From an uncultured Acidobacteriota bacterium (GTDB taxonomy: Bacteria > Acidobacteriota > Thermoanaerobaculia > Multivoradales > UBA5704), in the NCBI GenBank assembly GCA_963770895.1, contig CAVYRF010000002.1, positions 1,312,001 through 1,376,000 of the forward strand: a stretch of DNA of 64,000 nt, given 5' to 3'. Below the pieces are notes generated by a model. That model had not been told where the DNA came from. It searched no databases and worked only from the letters and a program-made list of their open reading frames with translations. Each line of letters opens with the position of its first letter. The stretch's first letter is position 1. Shown here piece after piece: positions 1-9,569 of the stretch. Both the position numbers and the translations under genes were made by a program.

Positions 1-741
1 GGCACTTTTTCGCGCGAAGCCACGGGTCTGGCGCGGAATCCATTGGGCATCATTGCCCTTTTCATTATTCTGATCTATGGTTTTGCGTCGCTCACACTTG
101 GCTTCAATGCCTCACTTCAATCTGAGGAGCGACTTCCTCTGGTCTGGTTCCTCGTTGCGTTTCCAGTGGTAGTTCTCGCAACTTTCAGTTGGTTGGTGAG
201 CCGACACCCCACAAAGCTTTACGCCCCCGGGGACTATCAAACAGACGCCGCTTTCGTCGAGGCGACGAAGGCGGCAGTGGAAACCCGAACTCGGCAGCTA
301 CAAGAACAGACGAGCCAGATCAAGGAGATCGTGCGAGAAGTACTATCCACGTCGAATCTGCCAGGGAAAGAAAATCCCGAGGCCGGTGACCTGGCAGATC
401 AGGTGTCGGAAGCGATCGACCGTGCGACCACCATTACAGTCGATGCACGCACCTTCCTCAACGACGAGTCCGCAACTTTCGTTTTTCCTGTTGCAGCATT
501 TGAATCTCTCAACAACCTTACGGACAAGGTCTTCTTTGAGCTGTCCCCCAGGGTGAAGCCATATGAGTACGGCTATACCTGGGTACTGCGCAACGATGCT
601 TCTAGCGAGGTCATTCGCAACGCCCGAATGATTACGCGGACCCCTCCCGGGAAGCCCCTGCCAGACTACCGATCTCTTTCTGAGGTGGGAATCAAACCCG
701 GTGCGACTCTGCGCGTTGTGCGCCTTGACGCACCAACCTGA
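1..741 (+). CDS. Membrane-anchored hypothetical protein (two N-terminal TM segments) with ubiquitin-like C-terminal region; 5'-partial
   Basis: Frame is open from base 1 (GTFSREATGLARNPLGIIALF...). Two hydrophobic segments. C-terminus DYRSLSEVGIKPGATLRVVRL resembles the ubiquitin C-terminal strand. GC visibly lower than the backbone. Confidence 0.7.
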   Translation, partial: GTFSREATGLARNPLGIIALFIILIYGFASLTLGFNASLQSEERLPLVWFLVAFPVVVLATFSWLVSRHPTKLYAPGDYQTDAAFVEATKAAVETRTRQLQEQTSQIKEIVREVLSTSNLPGKENPEAGDLADQVSEAIDRATTITVDARTFLNDESATFVFPVAAFESLNNLTDKVFFELSPRVKPYEYGYTWVLRNDASSEVIRNARMITRTPPGKPLPDYRSLSEVGIKPGATLRVVRLDAPT

Positions 742-924
742 CTGGCCGTGCGGCTGGGGTGCGCGGACACGGGACAGCACCGCCCAGGACGGCGGCCGCG
801 CGAACAACGGCCATGCGATCTCGCTGGCGAGCGCCGGCGTTTCGCAGCGCCAACCCACGAACAGGACGGCGCCAAACCGGGGGTAGCGTCCCAAGATCGT
901 GTTGGTGCTCATTACCAACACTAA

Positions 925-2235
925 GGAGTCGCGCCAGAATAACATGACTATCTTTTGCGACGCTTGGGGCGAATGGCGTAGTTCCATTCGCCGTGAAAGC
1001 TGGCGCGCTTCAGATTGACGGTCGCGAGTTCTTCGTCAGCTACAGCAACCCCGGTTGGATAGCTACCGCGGTCGAGTTCGGCACGGATCTCCAGTCCAGC
1101 CTTGGTCACCGTGGCAGCGATTAGGTTGATGATGACGTCGTGACTGATCAGCGGTTTGCCCCGCCAGTTTTCGGTGATGTGGCAGAACATGCGATGCTCG
1201 ATCTTGTTCCACTTGCTGGTGCCCGGCGGGAAGTGGCGGACGTTGATGGTCAGGCCCAGCTGGCTCGCCAAGTCTTGCAGCGCAACCTTCCAGAGCCGGC
1301 AGCGACTGCCGTTGCTGCCACCGCCATCGGCGGTGATCAGCAACTCGCGGGCGTTGGGGTAGCGAGGGGAACCCATCTTACGCCACCAACGACGGATCGC
1401 TTCGACGGCGAACCGGGCTGTGTCGTGGTCCACGCCGACGCTCACCCACCCCTGGTTCGAGCTCAGGTCATACACGCCATAGGGAATTGCTTTGCCCAAC
1501 TCGGGGTCCACGAAGTCGTAGATTTTGACCGACTCTGGATTTCCCTTCGGTCGCCACTCACGTCCGACATTCTTGAACGCTCCGACCAGTTCCTTCTTCT
1601 TCGTGTCCACCGAGATGACCGGTTGGCCCCGCTTCTGAAACGCCTGGACCGTGCGGCTGATGTGCTCGAACTGGGCGTTGCGGTCCGGATGCGCGGCACC
1701 CTCCAAGGTTTTGCGGTTGCTCTGTAGGCTGTAGCCCGCCGCATTCAGCAGCCGCCCTACGCTGCGCGGGCTCAAGGCGTGTCCCTGCCCCGTCAACGCT
1801 GCTGACAATTGGGTCGTACTCTTGCAGGTCCAGCGCAACGGGGATTCCGGGTCGCCGCGCGCCACCGGGTCGACCAAGTGCTCCAACGCATCCAGCAGGT
1901 CAGGGTCATTCTCGCTCAGCGCCTTACGCCCGCCACCGGGCCGGCGAACCCGCAAGGCCACTGGCACCTCAGGATGAGCCTGCCGGTCCTGCAACTCCGC
2001 CAAACCCCGCCGGATCGTATTCGGCGACATGCCAATAGCCCCGCTCACCGCTCGCACTCCGCCCCAGCCATAGGCCCATGCTTCCGAAGCAGCCCACTGG
2101 CGCCGCATCCGCTCATCCATCATCGGCGCAAGCGAAAGGTACTTCATTGCAATCTGCTCCGCCGAGGCGGGATCTTGCATGTCCCGCAGTAAAACACAAT
2201 CTCATAACCTAGTCAAGTTATTTTGACGCGACTCC
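925..2235 (-). mobile_element. ISAzo13-family insertion sequence, apparently intact
   Basis: 26-bp imperfect terminal inverted repeats (925-950 GGAGTCGCGCCAGAATAACATGACTA; 2210-2235 TAGTCAAGTTATTTTGACGCGACTCC), flanked by a TAA direct repeat (922-924 and 2236-2238); single transposase ORF. Confidence 0.92.
948..2180 (-). CDS. ISAzo13-family DDE transposase
   Basis: Family motifs GDPESPLRWTCKS, SVDTKKKELVG, ITADGGGSNG, PPGTSKWNKIEH. Confidence 0.95.
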   Translation of the reverse strand: MQDPASAEQIAMKYLSLAPMMDERMRRQWAASEAWAYGWGGVRAVSGAIGMSPNTIRRGLAELQDRQAHPEVPVALRVRRPGGGRKALSENDPDLLDALEHLVDPVARGDPESPLRWTCKSTTQLSAALTGQGHALSPRSVGRLLNAAGYSLQSNRKTLEGAAHPDRNAQFEHISRTVQAFQKRGQPVISVDTKKKELVGAFKNVGREWRPKGNPESVKIYDFVDPELGKAIPYGVYDLSSNQGWVSVGVDHDTARFAVEAIRRWWRKMGSPRYPNARELLITADGGGSNGSRCRLWKVALQDLASQLGLTINVRHFPPGTSKWNKIEHRMFCHITENWRGKPLISHDVIINLIAATVTKAGLEIRAELDRGSYPTGVAVADEELATVNLKRASFHGEWNYAIRPKRRKR

Positions 2236-2293
2236 TAAGTAAGGACACCACCCGCGGCCGGGGTCGCTTGACGGCCTGGGGGCCCCCCGAGGC

Positions 2294-2452
2294 TCAGCAG
2301 CAGAAGCTGACGTTCGTGCCCGAGTGGCAGCGGTAGGTGGCGCCGCCGCCGATCTTGGGGAGCACCGCGGCTTCGAGCTCGCGCAGCGTCTCGCAGTGGA
2401 GGGTGAGCCTGGAGCCTTCCTGGGTCGTGGTGCGCTGCGCAGCTTTCTTCAT
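2294..2452 (-). CDS. Putative RiPP (lanthipeptide-like) precursor peptide, 52 aa
   Basis: AGGAG RBS before ATG at 2452; leader RLTLHCETLREL...IGGG; Ser/Thr/Cys core ATYRCHSGTNVSFCC. Confidence 0.72.
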   Translation of the reverse strand: MKKAAQRTTTQEGSRLTLHCETLRELEAAVLPKIGGGATYRCHSGTNVSFCC

Positions 2453-2725
2453 GGTCTTCTCCTGTCTCCTGTAGTTTCGCCGCGGATCGTCGAGCGGTCG
2501 GCCCGCCGGGCCAACTCTGTCGGCCACCCTCAGTGAAAAGAGTGTGCACGGGATGGGCGGCGAGACAGTCTGGTGAAGGAGAGGAGCGGTCCTCCCTTTA
2601 TCGGAGAAACCTACCAGCAGATCAGGAGAGGCGCGAATAGGGCGGCAGCACAACACAGTCTTGGCACACTACCAACCCGGCGCGCTTTTCACCGCGGGGG
2701 CCTAACGCGCTATCCTTGAGGCGCC

Positions 2726-5308
2726 ATGGCTACGACTGAAGCTGCCGCTGTGTCCGTTCTGGAACCTCCTGCCCAACTCGATACCAAAACGCTGAACGCT
2801 TTCCGCCGCCTGGGCTTCCTGCAGGCGGACCTGGACCCGCTGCGGCGGCTGCGCAGCGAGCCGCAGCCGGCGCTGGAAGAAGAAGCGGATGCGGCCACCG
2901 CGGAATGGGCGCGGCGGCGCTACTGCGGCCCGATCGGCGCGGAATTCATGCACGTGCCGGACCCGACGCGCCGGCGCTGGATCGGCGAACGGATGGAAGC
3001 GGACGCCGACTCCAGCCTGGGCTTCCACCTGGGGACGTCCGAGCGCGACCACGTGCTGGCGCTGATCATGCGCGCCGAAATGTTCGAGCAGCTGGTGCAG
3101 ACCCGGTACCAGGGGAGCAAGCGGTTCTCGATCGAGGGCGTCGCGGCGGTGATTCCGGCGCTCGATGAGATGCTGCGGCAGGCGGCGGCGTTCGCGGCGC
3201 GTCAGGTGGTGCTGGCGATGAGCCACCGCGGCCGGCTGAGCGTGATGGTCAACACCGTGGGCAGGCCGGCGGCGGAGATCTTCGGCGGCTTCGAAGACGT
3301 CGACCCGCGCAGCGTCCTGGGAGGCGGCGACGTCAAGTACCACCAGGGCGCGACCGGCACCTTCCGCGCCCCCAACGGGCGCGAGATCGGCATCCACCTG
3401 GTATCCAACCCCAGCCACCTGGAAGCCGTCGATCCTGTGGCCGTCGGGCGCGTGCGGGCCAAGCAGGTGCGCCTGGGCGACGACGACTGGACGCAGGTCA
3501 TGCCGATCGTCCTGCACGGCGACGCCGCCTTCGCCGGCCAGGGGATTCTGGCCGAAACCCTCAACCTGGCCGAGCTGCCGGGCTACCGCGTCGGCGGCAC
3601 CGTGCACGTCATCGTCAACAACCTGATCGGCTTCACCACCGAGCCGAAGAGCTTCCAGTCGTCGCGCTTCGCGTCCGACATCGCGCGGCGGCTGCCGATC
3701 CCCATCTTTCACGTCAACGGCGAGGACCCCGATGCGGTGGTGCGCGTGGCGGCCCTTGCCGTCGCCTATCGCTACGCCTTCAAGTCGGACGTGGTGGTCG
3801 ACCTGATCGGCTACCGCCGCTGGGGGCACAGCGAAGTCGACGACCCGACGATCACCCAGCCGCTGCTGTACAAGCTGATCGAAGCGCATCCGCCGCTGTG
3901 GAAGATCTACGCCCAGCACATGGGCTTGAGCGACGACGAAGCCGAGCGGCGCATGGCGGTGGTGCGCGCCGAGCTGGACGCGGCGCAGGAAGCCGCCAAG
4001 GGGCTTGCAAAGAAGCCCACCCTGCGCACGCTGCCCGCCTACTGGGACAAGTACAAGGGCGGCCGCCACCTGGAAGCCTACGAGGTGACGACGGGGCTCG
4101 ACCGCGAGCGGCTGCGCCGGCTGACGGCGCCGCTCACCAGCTGGCCGGCTGGTTTTGCCGTGCACAAGAAGATCGAAGCGCTGCTCAAGCAGCGGGCGGA
4201 GATGGGCGAGGGCAAGCGGCCGGTCGACTACGGCATGGCCGAAGCGCTGGCGTTCGCCTCGCTGGTCGACGGCGGGACGCCGGTGCGGCTGGGCGGCCAG
4301 GACAGCCGCCGCGGCACCTTCGCCCAGCGCCACGCCGTGCTGATCGACGTCGAAACCGGCGCCGAGCACACGCCGCTGGCCCACGTCTCGCCCACCCAGG
4401 CGCGCTTCGAAGTCTACGATTCGATGCTGTCCGAGGCCGCCGTGCTGGGCTTCGAGTACGGCTACAGCCGCGACTACCCGGAAACGCTGGTGGCCTGGGA
4501 GGCGCAGTTCGGCGACTTCGCCAACGGCGCCCAGATCATCATCGACCAGTTCATCGCCGCCGGCGAAGACAAATGGGACCTGCTGTCGGGCCTGGTGATG
4601 CTGCTGCCCCACGGCTACGAAGGCCAGGGCCCCGAACATTCCAGCGCCCGCGTCGAGCGCTACCTGCAGCTGGCCGCCGAAGACAACATCCAGGTCTGCC
4701 AGCCGTCGACCGCCGCCCAGTACTTCCACCTGCTGCGCCGTCAGGCGCTGCGCATCTGGCGCAAGCCGCTGGTGGTGCTGACGCCCAAGAGCATGCTGCG
4801 CCATCGCGACTCGTCGTCGCCGATCGACGATCTGTGCCGCGACCGGTTCCAGAACGTCCTGCCCGACACGACGGTGCACGACGCGCAGCGCGTGCTGCTG
4901 TGCACCGGCAAGATCGCCCACGAGCTGCGGCAGGAGCGCACCCGCCGCCAGGACACGACCACCGCCATCGTCACCCTGGAGCAGCTCTACCCGCTGCCCA
5001 AGGCTGAGGTCGTCGCGGCGCTGGCCCAACACCCCAACTGCCACGACCTGGTATGGGTGCAGGAGGAGCCCGCCAACATGGGCGCCCTGTTCCACGTGCG
5101 CCCACGGCTGGAACGCCTGACCGGCCGCCGCCTGCGCTCGGTGCAGCGCCACGCCAGCGGCAGTCCCGCCACCGGCTCCGCCAAGGCCCACCACCTGGAG
5201 CAGCAGACCCTGCTGACCCTGGCCTTCACCATCGGCCTGGACCACGCCGCCGGCGGCGCGCCCGACGCGGCCAAGGCGCCCGACGCGGCCAACTCCGCAG
5301 GCACGTAG
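2726..5308 (+). CDS. sucA: 2-oxoglutarate dehydrogenase E1 component
   Basis: Motifs KRFSIEG, MSHRGRL, GDVKYH, NPSHLE, HGDAAFAGQG (ThDP binding), WEAQFGDF, GPEHSSAR, QEEPANMG. Confidence 0.97.
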   Translation: MATTEAAAVSVLEPPAQLDTKTLNAFRRLGFLQADLDPLRRLRSEPQPALEEEADAATAEWARRRYCGPIGAEFMHVPDPTRRRWIGERMEADADSSLGFHLGTSERDHVLALIMRAEMFEQLVQTRYQGSKRFSIEGVAAVIPALDEMLRQAAAFAARQVVLAMSHRGRLSVMVNTVGRPAAEIFGGFEDVDPRSVLGGGDVKYHQGATGTFRAPNGREIGIHLVSNPSHLEAVDPVAVGRVRAKQVRLGDDDWTQVMPIVLHGDAAFAGQGILAETLNLAELPGYRVGGTVHVIVNNLIGFTTEPKSFQSSRFASDIARRLPIPIFHVNGEDPDAVVRVAALAVAYRYAFKSDVVVDLIGYRRWGHSEVDDPTITQPLLYKLIEAHPPLWKIYAQHMGLSDDEAERRMAVVRAELDAAQEAAKGLAKKPTLRTLPAYWDKYKGGRHLEAYEVTTGLDRERLRRLTAPLTSWPAGFAVHKKIEALLKQRAEMGEGKRPVDYGMAEALAFASLVDGGTPVRLGGQDSRRGTFAQRHAVLIDVETGAEHTPLAHVSPTQARFEVYDSMLSEAAVLGFEYGYSRDYPETLVAWEAQFGDFANGAQIIIDQFIAAGEDKWDLLSGLVMLLPHGYEGQGPEHSSARVERYLQLAAEDNIQVCQPSTAAQYFHLLRRQALRIWRKPLVVLTPKSMLRHRDSSSPIDDLCRDRFQNVLPDTTVHDAQRVLLCTGKIAHELRQERTRRQDTTTAIVTLEQLYPLPKAEVVAALAQHPNCHDLVWVQEEPANMGALFHVRPRLERLTGRRLRSVQRHASGSPATGSAKAHHLEQQTLLTLAFTIGLDHAAGGAPDAAKAPDAANSAGT

Positions 5309-5338
5309 GGGCGGCGGGCACCGCGCCCCCCACGCGGC

Positions 5339-8053
5339 CTATTCGCCGCGCAGGGTGTTGAGGGGATCGACGGCGGCGGCCCTTTGGGCGGGGCCGGCGC
5401 TGGCGCCCAGGCCGACACAGACCAGGACCAGGGTGGCGGCGGCGATGGTGGGGGCGTCCATGGAGTGGACGCCGAAGAGCTGACTTTCCACCAACCGGCC
5501 GAGCAGCCACGAAGCGGGGAGGGCGATGGCGATGCCGCCCACGGCCAGCGCGGCCGCCTCGCGCAGGATGAGGCCCAGGGCGGCGCGGCGCGGCGCGCCC
5601 AGGGCCAGCCGGATGCCGATTTCGCGGGTGCGGCTGGCGGCCGAAAACGAGAGGACGCCGTACAGGCCGATCATCGCCAGCAGGGTCGCCAGCACGGCGA
5701 AGCCGCCGGCCAGCGTGGCCAGCATGCGCTCGTTGGCCAGCATGCGATCCTGCTGGTCGTCCAAGGTGCGCAGCGACAGCACGGCGAGCGCCGGATCGAT
5801 GCGCCGCACGGCGGCGCGGATCAACGGAAAGACCACCGCCCTAGCGCTGCGGGTGCGGACGTAGTAGGTGGCCTCGGAGGCCCTGCCCGCCCACAGCGGG
5901 AAGAACACCTCGGGCTCCGTTTCGCGCAGGTGGTTGTCGTGGAAGTCCCTGACCACGCCGACGATCTCGGTATCCGGGACCGCGTCGGGGCCGTCGCCGA
6001 TTCCCAGCCGGGCGCCGAGCGGTTCTTCCCCCTGAAAATACTGGCGCACAAATTCCTGGTTGACGATCGCCACGTCGGGCGAGCGCAGCTTGCCATCGGC
6101 GCCGTATAGCGCATCCTGATCCTTGAAGTCGCGGCCGCGCACCAGAGGCGCACCCAGGGTGGCGAAGAAGCCTGGGCTGACCGAGTTCATCGGCAGGTCC
6201 TCGGTGACGAAGCGGCGCCGGCCGGCGACGGTCAGCGGGTTGTTCCAGCCGCCGCCGGTCAGCATCTCCCAGCGGGTGGCCCCCGCCAGCTCCACTTCGG
6301 GCAGCGCCTGGATGGCCGCCAGCACCTGCTTTTCGACGGGCTTGGCGCGCGTTTGCTGGTAGCCGCTGCTCTGCGGTTCCAGGCGGAACATCACCAGGTT
6401 GGCGGTCGCGTAGCCGGGTCCCTGCAGGCGCAGCGCACCCAGCGTGCGCACGAAGAGACCGGCGCCGACGAGCAGGATGAGGGCAAGGGCAAACTGGCCG
6501 ACGACCAGCGCCCGGCGCAGGCCGAAGCCGCCGGCGACCGTCGACCAGCGCTGCCTGAGCGCCGACGCCGGCGAGACCGAGGTGGCATACAGGGCCGGCG
6601 CCGCACCCGAAAACAGCGCCGTCAGCACGGTGACCACCAGCGCGAACCCCAGCACGCGCAGATCCAGGTCCGGGCGCAGCGCCATGCTGACGGCGGCCCC
6701 GGTGCCGGTGCCGCCGCCGGCGGCCGGCAGGAAGGTGAGGATGCCGCGGCTGACCAGCGGCGCCAGCAGCAGGCCGGCGCCGCTGCCGAGCACGGCCAGC
6801 ACGCAACTTTCGATCAGCTGCTCGGCAAGGATGCGGCGGCGCCAGGCTCCCAGCGCCACGCGCGTCGCGATCTCCTGGCGGCGGGCCAGCGTCTTGGCGA
6901 GCGACAGGTTGGCAACGTTCAGGCAGGCCAGCAGCAGGATGAGCGCGGTCGCCGCCAGCAGGATCAGGATCGGCTGGCGCATCTGGCGCCGCAGGTCCGA
7001 GCGGCCTTGCGCCGCCGGCAGCAGGTCCAGGGTGGACGCCATGTAGGCCTTCAGCTGCGCCGGCGTCACCGGCGGCCATCCTTCGCGCCGCGTGTCCGCC
7101 GCCAGGTACGACTTGAACCACACCTGCAGGCGCGCCCGCGCCTGGTCCGGCGCGATGCCGGGCCGCAGGCGGCCGAAGACGTGCAGCCAGCGGGTGCGCC
7201 GGTCGAAGAGCCCGTCCCAGCTGGGAGTGGCCTGACGCTTCATCATGATCGGCAGCCACAGCGCCGGCGCGGCACCCCAATCGACGCCGTGGAAGCCCGG
7301 CGCGGCGACGCCGACGACAACCATGGGATGGCTGTTGACCAGCACGCGCCGGCCGGCAACCCGGGGATCGGCGCCCAGGCGGCTGCGCCAGTAGTCGTAG
7401 GACAGGACGACCACGGGTTGGCCGTCCGGCACCAGGTCGTCGCCGTCGTCGAGCAGGCGGCCCAGCGCCGGCCGCACGCCCAGGGTCTTGAAGTACGAGC
7501 CCGAAACCAGCTCGGCGCCGACCGGCTCGGCCTGGCGCCCGGTCGCCAGCTGCACCGGCGCCGGACAGTGCGCGAACATGTCCGAAAAGACGTCGTTCTG
7601 CTGCCGCAGCTCGCGGTAGAACTGGTGCGGGAACAGGTTGTCGGTGCCGACGCCGCCGCCCACAAAAGCGCCGTGCCAATCGAGCAGCACCAGCTGGTCG
7701 GGCCTGGCGACCGGCAGCGCGCGCAGCAGGGCCTGGTCGGCAAGCGAAAAAATCGCCGTGTTGAAGCCGATGCCCAGCGCCAGCGAAACCACGACGATCG
7801 CCGCCGCGACGGGCGCGCCCAGGATCTGCTTGCCGGCATGCCGGACGTCCCGCCGCAGGTGATCGAGCCACATCCAGCGCCCCGCTTCGTAGAAGCGCTC
7901 GCGGCTGCGCGTCACGTTGCCAAAGGCGCGGCGGGCGGCGGCCAGCGCCTGCCGCCGGCTCATCCCATCGGCGACCAGGCGGTCGGCTTCGATCTCGATG
8001 TGGGCCTCGATCTCGCGCTGAAAATCCTCATCGCTGCGCCGCCTTCCCATCAT
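5339..8053 (-). CDS. ABC transporter permease, ADOP-type (duplicated MacB-PCD/FtsX)
   Basis: N-terminal 'EIEAHIE...ARRAFGN' prefix, LALGIGFNTAIFS, LLACLNVANL, RTREIGIRLALGA, terminal DPLNTLRGE. Confidence 0.93.
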   Translation of the reverse strand: MMGRRRSDEDFQREIEAHIEIEADRLVADGMSRRQALAAARRAFGNVTRSRERFYEAGRWMWLDHLRRDVRHAGKQILGAPVAAAIVVVSLALGIGFNTAIFSLADQALLRALPVARPDQLVLLDWHGAFVGGGVGTDNLFPHQFYRELRQQNDVFSDMFAHCPAPVQLATGRQAEPVGAELVSGSYFKTLGVRPALGRLLDDGDDLVPDGQPVVVLSYDYWRSRLGADPRVAGRRVLVNSHPMVVVGVAAPGFHGVDWGAAPALWLPIMMKRQATPSWDGLFDRRTRWLHVFGRLRPGIAPDQARARLQVWFKSYLAADTRREGWPPVTPAQLKAYMASTLDLLPAAQGRSDLRRQMRQPILILLAATALILLLACLNVANLSLAKTLARRQEIATRVALGAWRRRILAEQLIESCVLAVLGSGAGLLLAPLVSRGILTFLPAAGGGTGTGAAVSMALRPDLDLRVLGFALVVTVLTALFSGAAPALYATSVSPASALRQRWSTVAGGFGLRRALVVGQFALALILLVGAGLFVRTLGALRLQGPGYATANLVMFRLEPQSSGYQQTRAKPVEKQVLAAIQALPEVELAGATRWEMLTGGGWNNPLTVAGRRRFVTEDLPMNSVSPGFFATLGAPLVRGRDFKDQDALYGADGKLRSPDVAIVNQEFVRQYFQGEEPLGARLGIGDGPDAVPDTEIVGVVRDFHDNHLRETEPEVFFPLWAGRASEATYYVRTRSARAVVFPLIRAAVRRIDPALAVLSLRTLDDQQDRMLANERMLATLAGGFAVLATLLAMIGLYGVLSFSAASRTREIGIRLALGAPRRAALGLILREAAALAVGGIAIALPASWLLGRLVESQLFGVHSMDAPTIAAATLVLVCVGLGASAGPAQRAAAVDPLNTLRGE

Positions 8054-8230
8054 CGCCTGGCTCCTCGCACCCAGCGCCCGCGCGCCGTGGCTCGCCGTGA
8101 ACAGGCCGCGGCAGCCTTGGGTAGAATGTCAACCCAAGTGTATACGGGTGCCGCCCGGCCCAGGTTTCAGCTGGGGGCGCCCCAGATCCAACCGGCACCT
8201 GGGGCGGGCTGCTCGCGCCCAGGCCTTGGC

Positions 8231-8599
8231 TCAGGTGAGGCCGGTAGTGTGGCGGGCGACCGCACCGCGCACGATGGCGAGGTTGGACGAGGAGCGGTCT
8301 GCCGCCAGATAGAGGAACGATGCCGTGCCGACCAGGCGGATCATGTGGATCTGATCGCTCAAGGTCATCAGGATCTCCTCGAGCGTCGATTTGAGGTTGA
8401 GCGAGTTGATGATCTTGTACTTCTGCTTGACGATCTCGCTGTTGAACGCGCTGGCCGCCGCCAGGTCGAAGTCGGACCGCACCGACTTGACGGCGAGCGT
8501 CATGCCCGACTCCAGATCGACCAGCGAGCAGCCGATGAAACCAGGGATATCAGCTTGGATCTTGTCGAAGATCGCGAGTACTTCTCGTTCGGATGCCAT
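8231..8599 (-). CDS. Roadblock/LC7 (MglB-like) domain protein
   Basis: GFIGCSLVDLESGMTL...LEEILMTLSDQIHMIR...NLAIVR; ATG at 8599 with RBS. Confidence 0.8.
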   Translation of the reverse strand: MASEREVLAIFDKIQADIPGFIGCSLVDLESGMTLAVKSVRSDFDLAAASAFNSEIVKQKYKIINSLNLKSTLEEILMTLSDQIHMIRLVGTASFLYLAADRSSSNLAIVRGAVARHTTGLT

Positions 8600-8674
8600 C
8601 GAAGCGCCTCCCTTCCTCTTTGCCGCTGCCCCGCTCCGAGTGGCGCAGGGAAACCGCACCGCCCGGTGCGTGCG

Positions 8675-9040
8675 TCACATGACTAGCGAGCTTTCCGCCT
8701 CGGCGAGCCGCATGCGCGCCATGGCGAGGTTGCTCTTGCCCCGGTCGAGCACAAGATAGGCGAAAAGGCCGTCCTTGGCCGCGAGCGGGCGGATCAGATG
8801 GTACTGCTTGCCCAGGGTGATCAGGATATCTTCGATCGAATCCTTGAGGCCCATCGAAATCATGGTCTTGCGCTTGGCACGCACGACCTCGGTGTTGCCG
8901 GCCGCCGCCACCTCCAGATTCAGGCCGCCGCCACCGCCTTCGGCGGCGAGCATCATGCCGCTGGTGCTGTCAACGATACAGGCACCCATGAACCCGTCCA
9001 ACGTCGACAGGTGCGTCAGGGTTTCCCTCAGGTTCGCCAT
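8675..9040 (-). CDS. Roadblock/LC7 (MglB-like) domain protein
   Basis: DGFMGACIVDSTSGMML...AAAGNTEVVRAK...IEDILITLGKQYHLIRPL...NLAMAR; paralogue of the downstream gene. Confidence 0.85.
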   Translation of the reverse strand: MANLRETLTHLSTLDGFMGACIVDSTSGMMLAAEGGGGGLNLEVAAAGNTEVVRAKRKTMISMGLKDSIEDILITLGKQYHLIRPLAAKDGLFAYLVLDRGKSNLAMARMRLAEAESSLVM

Positions 9041-9134
9041 CGCGCCATCCCGCCTTTCGTCTTGCGGCTTGCGCCGCACGGTTGGACATGCCCGTCCTTC
9101 ATGGTCAGCACCGGCTGCGACGTACCACCCTCGA

Positions 9135-9566
9135 TCACGGCACCAGCGGTTCGACGTGCGGAATGGCCGAGCGCAGCTGCGCCCAACCCAGGCCCAGGCA
9201 GGTGGTCTTGCGCGTCACCAGCATCATCGCCGCCTTGCCGTCGCAGATGGTCTTGGCGAAGTGGTAATGGTGCTCCGAAGTGACGTGGACCTCGTGCAGG
9301 CAGCGATTTGTGGACGTCGCGCCGGTGACGGCGAGGGCATCGTAGCCAGCGCAGGGAGCCTGCACCAGCTGCGCCAAGCGGCCGATGGCGCTACCTCGGA
9401 ACAGGCGGGTTGCGGCCGCCGCCACGGCCTGATCCATCGGTTGCGTGCAATCGGGCGCGTTGTGGATGCCAAGCAGCGCGCCGCTCGCAAGGTCCACCAC
9501 GCCGCAGGCCACCGCGCCATCGACGCCAGCGACCACCTCCCTGCACGAGTCGTCGATCTTGCTCAC
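9135..9566 (-). CDS. Roadblock/LC7-like protein (divergent paralogue)
   Basis: VDGAVACGVVDLASGALLG...EVHVTSEHHYHF...LGLGWAQL aligns by eye with the two downstream genes. Confidence 0.7.
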   Translation of the reverse strand: MSKIDDSCREVVAGVDGAVACGVVDLASGALLGIHNAPDCTQPMDQAVAAAATRLFRGSAIGRLAQLVQAPCAGYDALAVTGATSTNRCLHEVHVTSEHHYHFAKTICDGKAAMMLVTRKTTCLGLGWAQLRSAIPHVEPLVP

Positions 9567-9569
9567 CGC

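Noticed and set aside
2702-5245. 847-aa minus-strand ORF, and similar long ORFs such as 6353-8686, 20612-23245, 40663-42552 and 58501-62922
   Set aside because: Antisense or alternate-frame shadows of recognisable genes in high-GC DNA; Arg/Ala/Gly-rich with no motifs
2726-5308. sucA shorter than enterobacterial SucA and without adjacent sucB/lpd
   Set aside because: All catalytic motifs are present and partners can be encoded elsewhere; not evidence of novelty
5339-8053. ADOP permease as exporter for the nearby precursor peptide
   Set aside because: ADOP permeases are a large paralogous family in Acidobacteria; nothing in the sequence links this copy to the peptide
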